Under the pieces are notes generated by a model. That model was given only the letters and a program-made list of their open reading frames with translations. It was not told where the DNA came from and did not search any database. Source: Styela clava (Eukaryota). Taken from it: DNA of 64,000 nt. Location of the stretch: the NCBI RefSeq assembly GCF_964204865.1, contig NC_135262.1:12524001-12588000 (forward strand), given 5' to 3'. Shown one piece after another: positions 48,211-62,521 of this stretch; the stretch's first letter is position 1; each line of letters opens with the position of its first letter. Made by a program: the position numbers and the translations under genes.

Positions 48211-51200
48211 ATGCCTTTGAGATCGAAGCATGGAAATTTTGATATTCCAGAAATATCGTTGAGCGACTTTTTTCTCGAGCGTATAAAAGAATATGGTGAC
48301 GATATTTCTCTGGTAAGTATCATAATTGTATTTGCTTGTATATTTCTAAACTTGTGCCGCATGCGGATTGTATATATATTATAATTTTTATATAATGTTG
48401 ATCAAACCCCACAATTATGCAGAATTGAGGTGTCATCTCTACACCCTGAACAATGAAATTGATTTATTACCCGAATACATAGTATATATATATATATATG
48501 TAAATTTCACAATAGGTCAGTTGAGGCAATAAAGTCGCTTACTTTCTACATGATTCTGATCAATCGATTCTCAGAATCTGCACAAAAAAAATCAACTGTT
48601 CTGAGACAGTTGTAACTTCATTTAAGTTGCTTCACAAAAAATTTAACGTAGCAATAAAAGGCAAAAACCGCTTGTTGTGTGTAATTGCTTAGACACATTT
48701 TTTTAATATTTCCTTTTTAATTCAGATTGACAACATCAACGAAGAAAACCAGCTTACTTTTAGACAAGTTTACGAACAAATACAATCCTGTGGGAACTTT
48801 TTTCAAAAGCAAAAGATTGGCATGGGAGATGTTGTGTGTCTGATCACTCAGAATTGTGTAGAATATATAGTGGCAACGGTTGGTGTGGTATCTTGTGGGG
48901 CGGCGATATCACTTTGTAATCCGTCATACAAAGAAGGTAACTCTGCTTCTTGAATTGTATTATTTAATGGTCAGGTTGAGAATTTGATTATAAGAATGCT
49001 ATTCGCGCAGTTCGCTCTAAACAAGGCTATGCGGAAGCGTCCACTGATATCAAATAATAAGTAAGGAAATACAATTCTATCAGAAGGACCGGAATATTTC
49101 GGGTTCGGGATTGCTGCCTGATTTATTATAACTCGGGTAAGGTGGTGGAATAAAGCTATATGACCGAAAAAACGAAAAATATCCAAATTCGAAGTTGGAA
49201 GCCGAATTGAAGATATCTGTCAATCGTATACAGTGTAGACGTTCTGATGGACAAAAGGATGTTACCTGCGCGAGACCATGAAGCGCAATAAAGTTCCGTT
49301 TGTGTGCTTTGGATTTAGACCGATATTTGAACAAACGAACACAATGGTTTTGTTCAAAGTAGAATCATTTCATTGATATGAGTTCTTTCACGAGTTAATT
49401 TTGAACAATTTTTTTTTGTTTTGCAGGAGAAATACAGCATATCTTCAAAATCACCGAACCAAAAATAGTTATCGCATCTGAAAAAAGCATCGATACTATA
49501 AAGCAAGTACTCAATAATAACCCAGAGAATCAAGTTCAGGTATTCAGGATTTTTAAATTATAGATATTAATAAAAAAAAAATACAAGATAATTTTTATTG
49601 TCCATGTATTTATTTTATTTTATGTGTGTTAAGAGGCAAATTCATTGACTTAGAATATCGATCGAGGTTGTTTAAGCGTACTGTGTAAACTCGTATTTTC
49701 TTTTTAGAAAATCATAGTCATTGGAAAAAGTAATGAATTCGAAACTTGGGATGACATTATAATCTCAAATAAAGATAACAAAGGTAAGAAATTAATTCTA
49801 ATTGTAAAAAATATTGATTTCAATTTTTCATGATTGTCAATAACGTTTTAAGGAAACATTGTTCCGACTTGCAAAATATCACCAAAGAAAGATTTAGCGT
49901 TCCTACCATATTCAAGTGGAACTACAGGAATGCCGAAATGTGTTATGCACACTCATTATGGTACGATTGCGATGATATCAGCCATTTGGTAAGAAGAACT
50001 TTTCTGATATCGTATCGTTATTCTGCTTAAACCAAAGCACGGAAAATCACTTTATAACAATTAAATTCATTCCGTTTGGAAATTTCAATACAATATTTAT
50101 TAATATACATAAACTATCTCATACTCGCTATATTTGAAATGTGTCGTTGTAAGCCATTTTCCAATAAACCTTCGCAAAGAATATTGATGCCAAAGTATTG
50201 CTTAGTCGCTTCATTTCGCAAAACTAGATATAAGTATATGGATAATTGCACCCTTAACTCAGACGAGTTGTAGTATTTTGTATATAAAAATTTATATGAA
50301 TAGAAAACGTATTCCTAACTTATGAGCATATAAGAATATTTTAGTTGAGTGATATGTCATTTACTGCATTTTTGGTGTTACAAAAACTATTTCAAAACTT
50401 GATATGAATTATGACGACGCACGACTGTAAGTCGATGTGATATGTCTCAACATTTTGAATTCTTTTGAGGCACCATTTAAACTATCAACGCGGAGATGTG
50501 TTTTACAACGAACGACCTTTGTATCATGGAGGTGGTTATTTTCACTTACTTGTTGCACTGCAAGGCGGGTTAAGTGTTATCATTGATCAAAAGTTTGACG
50601 TTGACGGTACACTGGCTGCGATACAAAAATACAAGGTATTGGAAAAATATCTTTTACCATATACCATTCGTTTGCTATATTATTTACTCTGGTGATAGTA
50701 ATATGATATTGTAGCGATTTCAAAATCAGACTCAAATGTGCCAGTTCATGACAACATATTTGAACGTCGAAAAGCATTTGGTTTTCATTTGATGGGTATT
50801 TGATGCGGATGTATACGTGCATGTTTTCCAACTAAGATCTTTTTACAGTATATTTGGTTTTCATTGAACGCTTCGTCGGACACCAAGGCTTCCAAGGTTA
50901 CATTATGTTGGAGGAAGAATATTTCTCGCTGCAATTTAATCATATTTTTCTCTATATTCATTCATGTCGTCAAGGCAAATCATATGCTTCTGGTGCCACC
51001 AAATTTGCTAAAACTATCCCAGACAGAGTTGCATCACAAGTATGATACCTCGTCGTGGAAATCATCATTTATTGGAGGTGCATCAATTCCACCCACAGCA
51101 TTGAAAGAAGTTATCGATAGGTTCAACATTAGAGTATTTCCATGTTAGTTGACAAATTTTTATAAACTTTTATAGTAAAGGTGGAAAACAAAGTCTAACT

Positions 51201-54200
51201 TGAAAGGAAATGAATTGAGTATCTGGAATAACTCGATAAACAATCGTTTATTACTTTTGGCAGCTTGTGTAATTTGTTTTATAAAATCGTTTACTAATAT
51301 TTTGGAAATAGATATTATTTTAAACATGAACCCGAGCTTAACGTACAAGTTTGTTTTAGACATAATAGCTGGCTGTTACTGGCGACATTCATTCTTAATT
51401 TGAAACTACCTGTGCAATATCATGTTCGTTCTTCTTGTATTTCATCTTGTATGTACATATATCAATTCCAATTCATATATCACCAATTTCGATGCATACT
51501 TATTTTTGCAAGTAGATATGTACCTAACTCATTTAATTTTTAACGTGTTGGTATTTCAGGTTATGGGCAAACTGAATGCTTTCCTGTATCTTGGAATGAC
51601 AAAGTAGATGAATTCATTGATTCAGCTGGTTCAATTGCAGTCAATTCTGAAATTATGGTGAATTAATTTAACGATTTTTGTAATACGAAAATAGAGTTAT
51701 ATAAAATTTACGTTATATAAAGTAAGACAAAAACTTGAAGATTTTGTTTATTCATTTTAAAATCCTTTGGGCTCTATGTGATTCGTTTTTCAATTCGAAA
51801 TTGTGCTACCTTCCTATTACGCTTTGAAGTATTTTGACGGTACTGGTATTGTACAAGGTAAAGTAGACTACTGGTCTTCGTTTTCATATATTTGAGCATC
51901 GCTGTCTTGTTTTGTATGCGATGACGTCATCAACATTAAAAATTTCACACTGCGTTCGCGTTCGTTGCTATCTGGGGGTCAGGGGAAGTCGTTAAGACTA
52001 CGGTACCGGTAATCTAAGCAGATTGCTTACCCGTACTAGTTCATTTTGCTCTTCGTGTCCATATATTTAAACAGAGCTCTTTTGTTTGACTCTTAAATGT
52101 TTTACAGATTGTTGATCCAAATACGGAAAAAGAGTTGAAATCTGGCGAAGACGGCGAAATTTGGGTCAAAAGTACACATGTAAGGCATGAGATTATTTCG
52201 TCATTATTTTACCACTTTTTCTGTAGAATAAATTAGTAGAAGATATATTCACACATTTTAATCTAAATGTATATAGGTAGCGATTCCAATTCAACTGTTA
52301 ACAACATTTGATCGTAACGATCATCATTAGAATTAACAAAGACATTGAGAATCAAAGAAATCATTCCAAACTATCTCATATACGTTTTTCTAGATGTCTG
52401 CTGGATATTATAAAAATTCGAAAGCAACAGAACAAGCAATAAATAAAGACGGATTTCTTCGCACTGGCGATATTGGACATATTGAAAATGAAATGCTTTT
52501 TGTGGTAGGCCGGCTCAAGGAAGTTATCAAATATAACACGTTCCAGGTAAAAAAAAACTTTCCAATCACATATTTACCCGCCAATGTACGTTTTGATTTT
52601 CAAAAAAAAAAAATTCGGTTTTCTTCAGAATAGTTTTTTTTTTAAAAAATACGTTATTTAAGTTAGTCCTTATGTTGAATTTTATGACTTCTCGATATAT
52701 ATCAAGATATATTTATGATCGTGTGTAAATTGTTTCGCCTTGTTTTATACTATGACATGTTTAATCATTAATATATTGTTAACCCACTGTTACTTAGAAC
52801 ATAGGTTCTCAAAGTGCTCCGTACGGAGCCCCAGGGCTCCGCGAGAGGAACCCAAGGGCTCCGCGAGCTATTCGATTACTTTTTAAAATACTGGCTAATT
52901 TTGTAACTGTTCAAAGAAGCAAGAACAGCTTTGATAAAATTTGACAATAATATAGCCTTGAAATATGGTAAAGATGCGGAATTAAAAATGACGTTATTTA
53001 TGAGCTGGAGCGCAGTCAGGTTTCTTGAAAGGGTTCAAAATTGAAATCGGAAATTTCCGCGCAACATCATTTAGCAATTGGAAAAAAACGGATAACGAGA
53101 TTTCTGTTGCGTAAAATATTCATTGCATGACGATGCGAGTATTTAAAGTGTCTTGTCGTAATAATTTATTTCTGCTCAACTTTACTCACGTTTCATTCGA
53201 AATTACTATTAGGATTGCTAAAAGGAAAGAATACTTTTCTAAAATAACATAAAATACGTGATAAACTGCCAACTATGAATAAATTGGAGTTGTATTTTTG
53301 CGATTTGTCAAACTTGATTTGTTTTTTCGCACTCGAGATTATTTTTAAGCAAGATAAGATCGCTGTTTGAAAAATCACAAGATCTGGGCAAAATACGAAT
53401 GATTGAAATTTATTTTATTGCATGCGGCTCCGTTGGTAGTTTCAGAGTGAAAAAAGTTACACCATGCGTACAATTGACTGTGTTTCAATTTCGCAGTTAC
53501 TACGATGAATAACCAATAAAAAACTAACAAAACATCAAATTTTGTGATTTACAATGCCTATAAAAGCATTTTTAATCTGACATGAGTCTGCTGAAACTAA
53601 ACTTATAGTGTGATTTTCCATTTCAAGTTTTAATATTTTAGAATACCGTTTTTCAATCAAGAAATTTGAGCTGCGGATTTACCTCTTTAATAATTATTAT
53701 CTTTAGCATTTCGTCGCAGATGACTATAATACGGTAACATGTTTTTCACATTGAACTCATAATTCCCCACGAGAACAAATAAGCAATTATCGTCGTCATT
53801 GTAGAACAATACATGTATATATATGCCGAAGGAAATTTTTGATTTAGGGAGAATAAACACCGACGTAAAGATGTTTAAAAACACGCCATGCTGACGAAAA
53901 CAATCGGCGATTGTAACAAAATGCAATCGCGCACATTATTAGTGGCCTTTCAAGTCCTCCGAAAATGTCAAAAAGTAAAAGATTCGACCCCCCAATTTAT
54001 TAATATGTTTGTCAAGTGTCAAATTTACAGCTTTAGTATATTTAATTTATTTTTGAAATTGACATTTATATATGACTTGTATTACCCTATTAAAAAGGTT
54101 TAGCATTTAAGTTAGGTAAAGTACGTTTAACTTACTCAGGAATATTAATCGGAAAGTAACAATTTTAACATTTATTTTGGGGCTCCGTGAATGATAGTCA

Positions 54201-54654
54201 ACTCTTCAAGGGCTCCGCAACACCAAAAGTTTGAGAACCCCTGACTTAGAAGATTCGACACTTTCAATTTCTCACTATTTTATTAATTTTTTTCCCCATG
54301 TTCAGGTTCCACCTGCAGAAATAGAGCATGTACTTATGAAACATCCTGGTGTAAAAGATGCTGCAGCGGTTGGTGTGCCAGATGAAGCATGTGGGGAGTT
54401 ACCAAAAGCATTCGTTGTACGAAAAATGGAATCGGTCACAACGGATGAACTGCATGAATTGATTAAAAGTACCGACTACATATAAATTTTACTGTATTCC
54501 ACATGTTCTGTAATAAAAGTACAATTTTATTTTTATAGATGAACTTGTCGATTACAAACATCTTCGTGGCGGGATCCAATTTGTCAATCATATTCCGAAA
54601 TCTATACTTGGCAAAATAGATCGCATCGAATTGAAGAAATGGGCGATGAAATAA
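48211..54654 (+). CDS. Luciferase/4CL-like ANL adenylating enzyme, copy 3 (intact, 524 aa)
   Basis: Exons 48211-48312, 48726-48936, 49427-49539, 49708-49783, 49853-49988, 50470-50635, 50975-51143, 51560-51657, 52108-52179, 52394-52546, 54306-54468, 54539-54654. Same motifs as copy 2. Ends WAMK. Confidence 0.95.
52800..54243. mobile_element. Non-autonomous hAT (Buster-like) in intron 10, copy B only
   Basis: CATAGGTTCTCAAA / TTTGAGAACCCCTG TIRs, GGGCTCCG subterminal repeats, and TSD ACTTAGAA (52792-52799, 54244-54251). Empty site at 28086-28093. Confidence 0.93.
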
Positions 54655-55129
54655 GAGAACCTATAGCAATGCAAGCAATGTCCCCCAAGAAATAATTTGA
54701 ACCTCTAAATGCAAAAATGAAATTTCCTGTAATATTGCCGTAATTTATATTATCAGTATGATTTTGCTTTACTACTGAGTATTCTGAAAAGAAGTTTCGA
54801 ACACGTACTTAAAATTGTTCATATTATTAATAAACTAGGTTGCATGCATTTTGTTCACTTTTTATAATCAAATCATATTTTTGTTTGTATGTTCGAGGAA
54901 AAAAGTGTCAAATTTTAATTTCATTATTAAAAATGTTGATTTCAATGCAAACTCATATATGTATACTGTTTAATGCGTACTGTATCTTCGTCATCTTCTC
55001 TTATTCTAAATATAGCTGCACAACTGACCTTATTTTTGGTTAGAGATCGCAACAAATATCCACCAATACACAATTACCGAAACATCAGCTACCGAAGCAT
55101 CAGCTAATTACCTATCAGCTACTTCTATT

Positions 55130-55490
55130 AGGCCTGGCATATCCATTTTTGCATATGTTATTTGTAACTCGCACCTGACTAAGTCATCCAAAAATTACGT
55201 CACTACAAAGTCACAGTGTCGAGATAAGGCTTAAAATGTACGGATTGTCGTCTGAAACGCGCAGACGATCACCCGAAATCAAGCAAGCTATTTCTCATGT
55301 TTCTCGTCGGAACAGTTCCTATATGAGAGAGATTGCTGGCGTTGGCTTTTATTGCGGGCGATCGTAACTTTTTTTGGCAAGCTCTATACGTGATTGGGAC
55401 GTTTCAGTGACGTAATGTTTGGATGACCTACCTAGTCAGGTGGGAGTTAGGAATACTAAATGCAGCAAAATTTGTGCCATGCTAACTAGA
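55130..55490. mobile_element. Degenerate foldback/MITE
   Basis: TAACTCGCACCTGACTAAGTCATCCAAAAATTACGTCACT (~55165) is the inverted partner of AGTGACGTAATGTTTGGATGACC..TAGTCAGGTGGGAGTTA (~55406-55449). Confidence 0.6.
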
Positions 55491-56220
55491 AGTACTTACA
55501 GCGTTTAGTGAACATGCATGCGCCTTCATTTTTGATAATGAAAAAGCTATCATGAGGCGAATTCAATTTTACATGGATTCACAAATCAAGATAATATGGC
55601 AAGGACTAAAATTGAATCTTTCCAGTCTAAAACAGCAAGACCGCGTATCGGGTAAAACGTTTGGCTGACTATTGGTAGCTGCTGAACTACTTTGATCGGT
55701 CATGTTTCCATATTTCCAACCTCATAGCGCTACGAATATTTAGATATTTTTAGATTCATTTCGTGAATATTTCTGCGTGGATCCCCCCTCTCTGAAGGGC
55801 TATCACGTTTTTCATTCAAAAAATCAGAATCAAGCAATAGTAAATCGGCAGATTTTGGTTCAACTCAAAATGTATAAAGCAATTGTGTTACAGCAGTTAC
55901 GAAAACTGGAAGCATGGTCCGAATCACGTGGCATTTAAATTTGAAAACGGAAGCTGAGAACTAACCTAGTATATTCTGACACCAGTTTTCAAACTCAAGT
56001 TTCGTGTTTTTTTCATGTGCAGAAGTTGGGATCGGGTGTCAGTTTTCGAGTCTCACACGTCTGACTCTTACATGATTTTTGTGGCTTGGGCGATACATAT
56101 TAATGTTCACTCTGCATTCCCATCACAGCATATCCATGTCTGGTATCCGATATTTGCATACACAATAACTTGAATTCAAAATGATATGAATTAACCAAAC
56201 CAATCGTAGGCTATTTATAG

Positions 56221-58267
56221 TGAATGCAATGACCCAATACTGATTCATTCACCGATTCAGTTGGCTCTGTTTGCGTCAATTAAGAAATTATGGTTATAAA
56301 ATTAGGATTTTATTATCAGTGTGAAGTTAAATAATAATAAGGACATGCTCTGGAGGAAGCTGTAACTAGTAACCAGAAAACAGACAAAATGAGTAACAGT
56401 TTTTCATAATCGAAATATTGGTTGGTATTTGGATGCTGTTTTACAGATTGTTGATCCGAATACAAAGGAAAAAATGAAACCTGGTCAAGACGGAGAAATA
56501 GGGGTCATGGGACCACAAGTAGACAATCTCTTTGTGCAATGTACACAATATGAACTGACATAAATGAATATTAAAATTCTATGTGTTATGTTATACTTTT
56601 AATGGCAATTTACTATTTATTTATTTTTGAAAAAAGAAATTGAATTAATTAAAAGAATCTCAGTACATTTTTCAAAGCGACATTCATACAATAAAGGAAT
56701 TATCAATTTGTAGTTGCAACTGAATAAGAAAATGTGACAAAGTCTATATTTCAAAAGTAATTCCTAGTTATGCCATTTACTAGATGACCGTTGGATATTA
56801 TAAAAATGCCGAAGCAACGATGAAAACAATCAAATAAGGATGGATTTCTTTGTACAGGCGATATCGGCGTTGTTAAGAATGAAAGGCTATATGTTACTGG
56901 CCGATTGAAGGAAGTTATCAAGTATAACACATTCCAGGCGAGCAGCATGTTTATCGTTTTTTCCTCCAGTACGTACTTAGACTCAAAGCGACAAAGCTGT
57001 TTAATGACAGAAATACTTGACTGACACATCTGGACATGGGGATTTTCTAGAACTTGATGATTTAAGAATTGAATAGAATATTTTTTATCAAATTAAATTG
57101 AATCTTCTCGAATACTGTTCAAGACGTGTAATTGTATCTGTTTCATATGGAAATGGGTCTACTAGACTAGACACACAAGTTAATTGAATCCATCAATCAG
57201 ACAGTTTACTGAGCGTTCATCTACGATAAGAAACATGTTTCATCAATGACTGACTAGCAAAAAAGAGAAAATTCTTACGACATTGTAAAAATATGGTTGA
57301 GGCTGAATTTTTTTACCCGCTGGTTAAATTGATACGTGTAGCAAATATTGCGTATATTGTCTGTTTAGCTACCACCTGTCGAAATAGAAAATGTACTATT
57401 GCGTGTTAAAGATGTTGGAGTGGTTGGTGTTCCGATTCCGTTTGTGGAGAGTTACCAACGCCTGTTGTAAAAAAAAATCTTGAATCGGTAACAGCGAACG
57501 AACTTCAGACTCTGATAAAAAGTGAGAAAAAGTATATTAGTTTTACTTCAATCTACGTCAGGGGTCGGGAACCCATGGCTCGCGAGCCATATATGGCTCT
57601 TTTGGTGACGGCATATGGCTCTCAGAAAAATCTAATATTCTAAGACTAAGCTTACTATTGTTACGAGATCCCAAACTCTTTTATAGCCGAATTTGGCAGG
57701 AAATTCCCAATACGTTTTAAAACACGCGTCCAGCACATGTCTATGTTATGTAAGATATGTACTAGAGAGGCATTGAGACAAACAAGGGGATTCTGGAACA
57801 TATATTGTGACATCACAAAGCGATATAGTTTAAAAACACTACGGAGATGTCTAAACGAAAAAGGGTGATGAGTATCGTAGATTTCTACATTGGGCTGCAG
57901 GTGAGCAACCGTTCAAGGCCCGCAGCGCCTACATGCAGCATCAGAAATCACATTAAATGTATATTGACATTGTATGTGTTGACTTTCGAGTAAACATTTC
58001 AGGTCTGATTAATTGAAGAAATGTTATATGGCTCGCACGGAAATGCAATTGAAAATATGTATATTTTATGGCTCTCTTGACCAAAAAGGTTCCCGACCCC
58101 TGATCTACGTGTTCAATTAATATTATTCAAAGTATTTAGTTCAATTTCAGAAGAGCTTGTCGATTATAAACAGTTGAGAAGAAGTATCCAATTTGTCAAT
58201 ATGATACCAAAAACAAAACTCGGGAAAAATTGATCGCATAGAATTGAAATAATGGGCTATGAAATAG
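56221..58267 (+). pseudogene. 5'-truncated ANL ligase pseudogene, copy B
   Basis: Exon 8-12 remnants ([46 protein letters not shown]) with deletions, frameshifts, and the same premature TAA as at 32357. Confidence 0.9.
57559..58102. mobile_element. hAT MITE (Buster-like), copy B only
   Basis: CAGGGGTCGGGAACC / GGTTCCCGACCCCTG TIRs and TSD ATCTACGT (57551-57558, 58103-58110). Empty site at 32211-32218. Confidence 0.94.
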
Positions 58268-60120
58268 GCGAACAACATGGAGCTCTAACGATAAATCTAA
58301 TTTCCCGAGAGTAAAATTACCCAATAAAGCATTATTAACATGACTAATTAGCTAATTGTCTTTATTGGTGTTGAAAAAAATGCATTTTTATAAGCCGTAA
58401 GTACAAATGAAAATATCATCAAATTCTCTTTGTAATATTATTTATTAACAAATCATTATTATTATTAAAGATAACATATGCCTGGGATGAGTATAATTTT
58501 CTGCATTCATTTCGGAGTTTGCCTACATTTACCATATAGTTGCTACTCATATAATTTTGTCATACTTGTATTATTTTATTTATATTCCTGTTAACTTGAC
58601 AAGCCTCATCCAAAGATTGGCAACAAAATGAACATACGTTTAAAGCTATTCTTCCCTTTACCCGTGCATAATGCATGCTTTATAAAATACCATTTATATT
58701 GGATAATTTTAGTCCAGTCCGCAACTGCTTGGTTGAATACTTAGATGTGTTTCAGAGTTTTATATCAAATTTAAGTGTAAACATATATTTGTAAATGAAT
58801 TGAGCATTGCTCGAATTTTTTGACACTATGCATTCGCGAGGGTTAATTCTGGAAATAAATTAGATTGTAAAGAGTAAAACGGCTTTGAGCCATCAGACGT
58901 TTAGAATTTTATGTTGAATATTTACTAGTCGTTTCAAATCAACTCGCGGTATTTTGCGAAGGACTGCAACTCACGAAAAAAAGTTTACGAGGTTACAGTC
59001 GGGCGCATTCCCTTGTACTTTTGATCTCACACAAAAATAAAATCCCACAAAGTATCCAAAGCGGGGAAAATAGAATCTTTAAGCTCCAAAAGTTCAAACA
59101 ATTGGTTCATTAGTTAGGCAGAAACCTTTTTTTTAACAATAAAAAGGAAAAAGATACCACCCACAACATAATAACAGAACGGTCCATAGGTCTTTTCGTG
59201 TCGAAATAAATGAAGCAAATCACCTAAAAGGGATTCGATTCGAAAATCTTCAGATGCGCATCAGTCAATAAAACAAAATTAATGTTATTTCACTTTTTAA
59301 CTTAGGTTGTGAAACATGTTCAACAAAACGCATCGATATGCGTTATTGAAGGGCCCACGCTTTATCAGTCTTAGCCTAAAATAATAGATCGGTAAGACAG
59401 ACAACAAGCAGCCTTGAGAAAAATATTCCAAGGAATATATTACAAGCACGTCGTGGTGTCCGAAACAAAGAGGAGCGGAACTACGAAGGCCTTTCAAATC
59501 GATGATATACCAATTCTGTTGAATAGACACGCAGGAGGCCCTTCAGGTACATGAAAAGAAATTCCTATTGCTACGCGTTGCATCATGATGACATTGTAGA
59601 ATTTGTGTAATTTGATTCCAAGGAATACATTACAACCACGTCATGGCGTCCGAAACAAAGAGAAGCGGAACCATGAATGTCTTTCAAAATCGATGGTCTA
59701 TAAATTCTGTCGAATAGACACGCAGAAGATCCTTCAAGTACATGAAAAAAAAACCTAAATTTAACAGAATGCTGATCGCTGACGTCTTGAAAAATTCTTG
59801 TTTAAAAGCATATTTTGTCGGTTGTGGTGATAAATTTTCTTTTTTTTTCAACTTGTGATAATAGCCGCGAACTTATTCTCAATTAGGTCTAATATCCGAA
59901 AGGAACAATAAAAACATAGTTATTTATATTGGATAGGATTGGGGGAGGTAGGTGATTGATATCACAATCATATGTACCCACTAAGTGATAAGCGTTTAGA
60001 ACTCTTTATAAATAGGACGCACATCCATCGTTTTTGAGAAACATTAGTTTGAGTTCTAATTTTCATTTTGTATTTATGTTTAAACTTTAGTGGTCAGAAA
60101 TATTAATTGCAGCTCTCATA

Positions 60121-62521
60121 ATGTCGACAAAAAAACTGGTCTCAAAAGAAATTAAAAGCTCCAAAGATTTGGAAAAAATCAAAAAAGATTTGAATAAAAT
60201 TAAGCAACCGTTTTTTCACAAAGTCATCAAGTTGGATCGTATTGAATACCCAGAGTTAAATCTGCTGAATAATTTGATGAAAAGAAATCGACTGCAGGAA
60301 ATAAGTGTACGAGAATGCTGTGAAACTGCGGATGATCTGGCAAGACTACTTCAGGCTATTTCAAGCAACCCGTACGTTGACACAACGGTGAGTAGTGATA
60401 TTCGTTTAATTATTTCATTGTGTACAATTTCCCTTCAGAATCGTATTTATTCACACTGATCCTATTCCATGAAATTTCCATCTGCAGTATGAAAATGTAA
60501 TCTTTTTTTCAAACAACAAAACAGCCGTTGTCATTGGATATCAGGGAAAATCAATGTGATGGTAGATGTGTCGAACTTCTCCGTGACATGATTGACCGAG
60601 GGATTATAGCAAGTTTGGAGCTTCCGTCGGAGCAGAAAGAAAATCACATTTTCACGTTATTGCGTTCCATTCGTTACTGCGAAAGTCAGGTTATAAAGTA
60701 ATTAGTTGTTAAGCGCGCGTAAACACTAGCTATCTATATATGTATTCCCTACATGTATTCTTCTATTTGCAACAGATGCAACTACTTAATATAAATGACA
60801 ATGTTATTGATGAAAAAAGTTTTGAATTACTGATGAATATCTTGATGGAAAATAAAGTTCAGAAGAAACTTTACTTGAAAGATGTAGAAAACCAAAGAGC
60901 AGTTTACTGAAGCAGACAAACAATCGCTGCAACAAGCACAATCTTCAAAGGTAGTGATACAAATTGAAACGTTTTAGATTCTCACCTTTATTATCTTTTC
61001 TAATGTACCAAAAATGTACCAAAGTTATCCTGTCAGCGACATTTTGCTACTGAACCATATTGCACCCCAAAAAAACCTCATAGACCGAAAAAGCCAAAAT
61101 ATATTAATGAATAGTAGTAATATATGGATATTAAATATATGTAAAATGCAAAATCATATTGTTGAATATATAAATAGATATTGTAGAACGTTTGTAAATG
61201 GTCGAAGATCTAACTACAACCAAAAAAATTTCAGAAATTAGCGATCAAATGGTTCAAGACTAAGCCTGCAGTGAACAGCTCACTCATAGCATATCAGGTT
61301 TGTGGATTCAATGATGATTTTATATATCTGGCTAGAATAAGCATTTGCCAGCAACATCCGTATATAAAATACGTTTGGAAGTACAAAGCCACAAAATGGG
61401 TTTTACACTTTTTTAAACTTGAGCTGCAAGAAAAAGTCAGAGAAAAATCAAATAAGTGGGATACTGAATAACACAATTCAACGTTTTGAATAAATTCAAA
61501 ATTTTTACCAATATTAGATTTGTTTTCCAAAAATCGAGATTTATTATGATTTTAATAAAATACTGTAATAAATTTATCATTAAGCACAGGTAAATGTATT
61601 TTCAGGATGGAAATAGCTTATTTAGAAGAGTGACTGATAGATTGTTGTCATATGTACCTGAAAGTCACCGGGAAGCCGCAAAACTTGCAATTTCAAACCA
61701 ATTCCGTCCAAAAGTATTAATTTAATTTTGTTATTCGAGCGACGATACTATACTATTTGTTGGCATTTCTTGCGCTACAAAATGTTCATATATCCTCAAA
61801 GTGCAGTCACCATAGCAACTTCTTATTTTGAACGAAAGTTCCTATACAATTTCACACAAACCAAATATTTTGCCGTTTACACTCAGCTTAGAGATAAAGT
61901 TTAAATATACTTTATTATATGGCAATTATATAGATTACCATCCTTAAAATATTCATCCGATTTATCAATCAAGAGTACGCCATGTAAAAAAAGTGGTTAG
62001 GAGTCGATATATTATGATGTTCCGTGGCTCACATGTTTAGATTTGATTATTATGAATAATACATATAAATAAATGAAACAATCTGACTCTGACGTGATTA
62101 CATAGTTACATTTATGTGCATTTCGTCTAATGCTAGTTGTAGATATGGATGTAAAGTGCGTTCATTTTTAGAAAAAACGCAACAAAAACAGATATCCAGT
62201 TTATCAAGTAAGGTTTTTATTTATTTTTTCTATGTATGTGTGTAATAAGAAATGCAATAAGCAATATTACATTTAAATTTTATAATTGTTAAAGTGCAGA
62301 AAATTAGAATTTTCAAAATAAAGATGTTTAAAACTTTTATTTCTAGTATTCAAGTACTTACCTAACGTAGTTATACTTGATTGAAACCGAAAAGATTCAA
62401 AATTTTCAACAAAAAAAAAACGATACAGAGAAGCAGTATTGTATTTCCTATTTATTACAGGACGATATTTTGTCAAGTGAAGATCAGTATTGTTCGGAGG
62501 ACGAAGAAATGATCGATAATT
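60121..62521 (+). pseudogene. LRR-like gene, copy B (exons 1-6 in window), frameshifted in exon 3
   Basis: Same exons as from 34577. Two 1-bp deletions at ~60883 and ~60892 (GATTGTAGAAAACCCAAAG becomes GATGTAGAAAACCAAAG) produce a TGA at 60908-60910. Confidence 0.7.
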
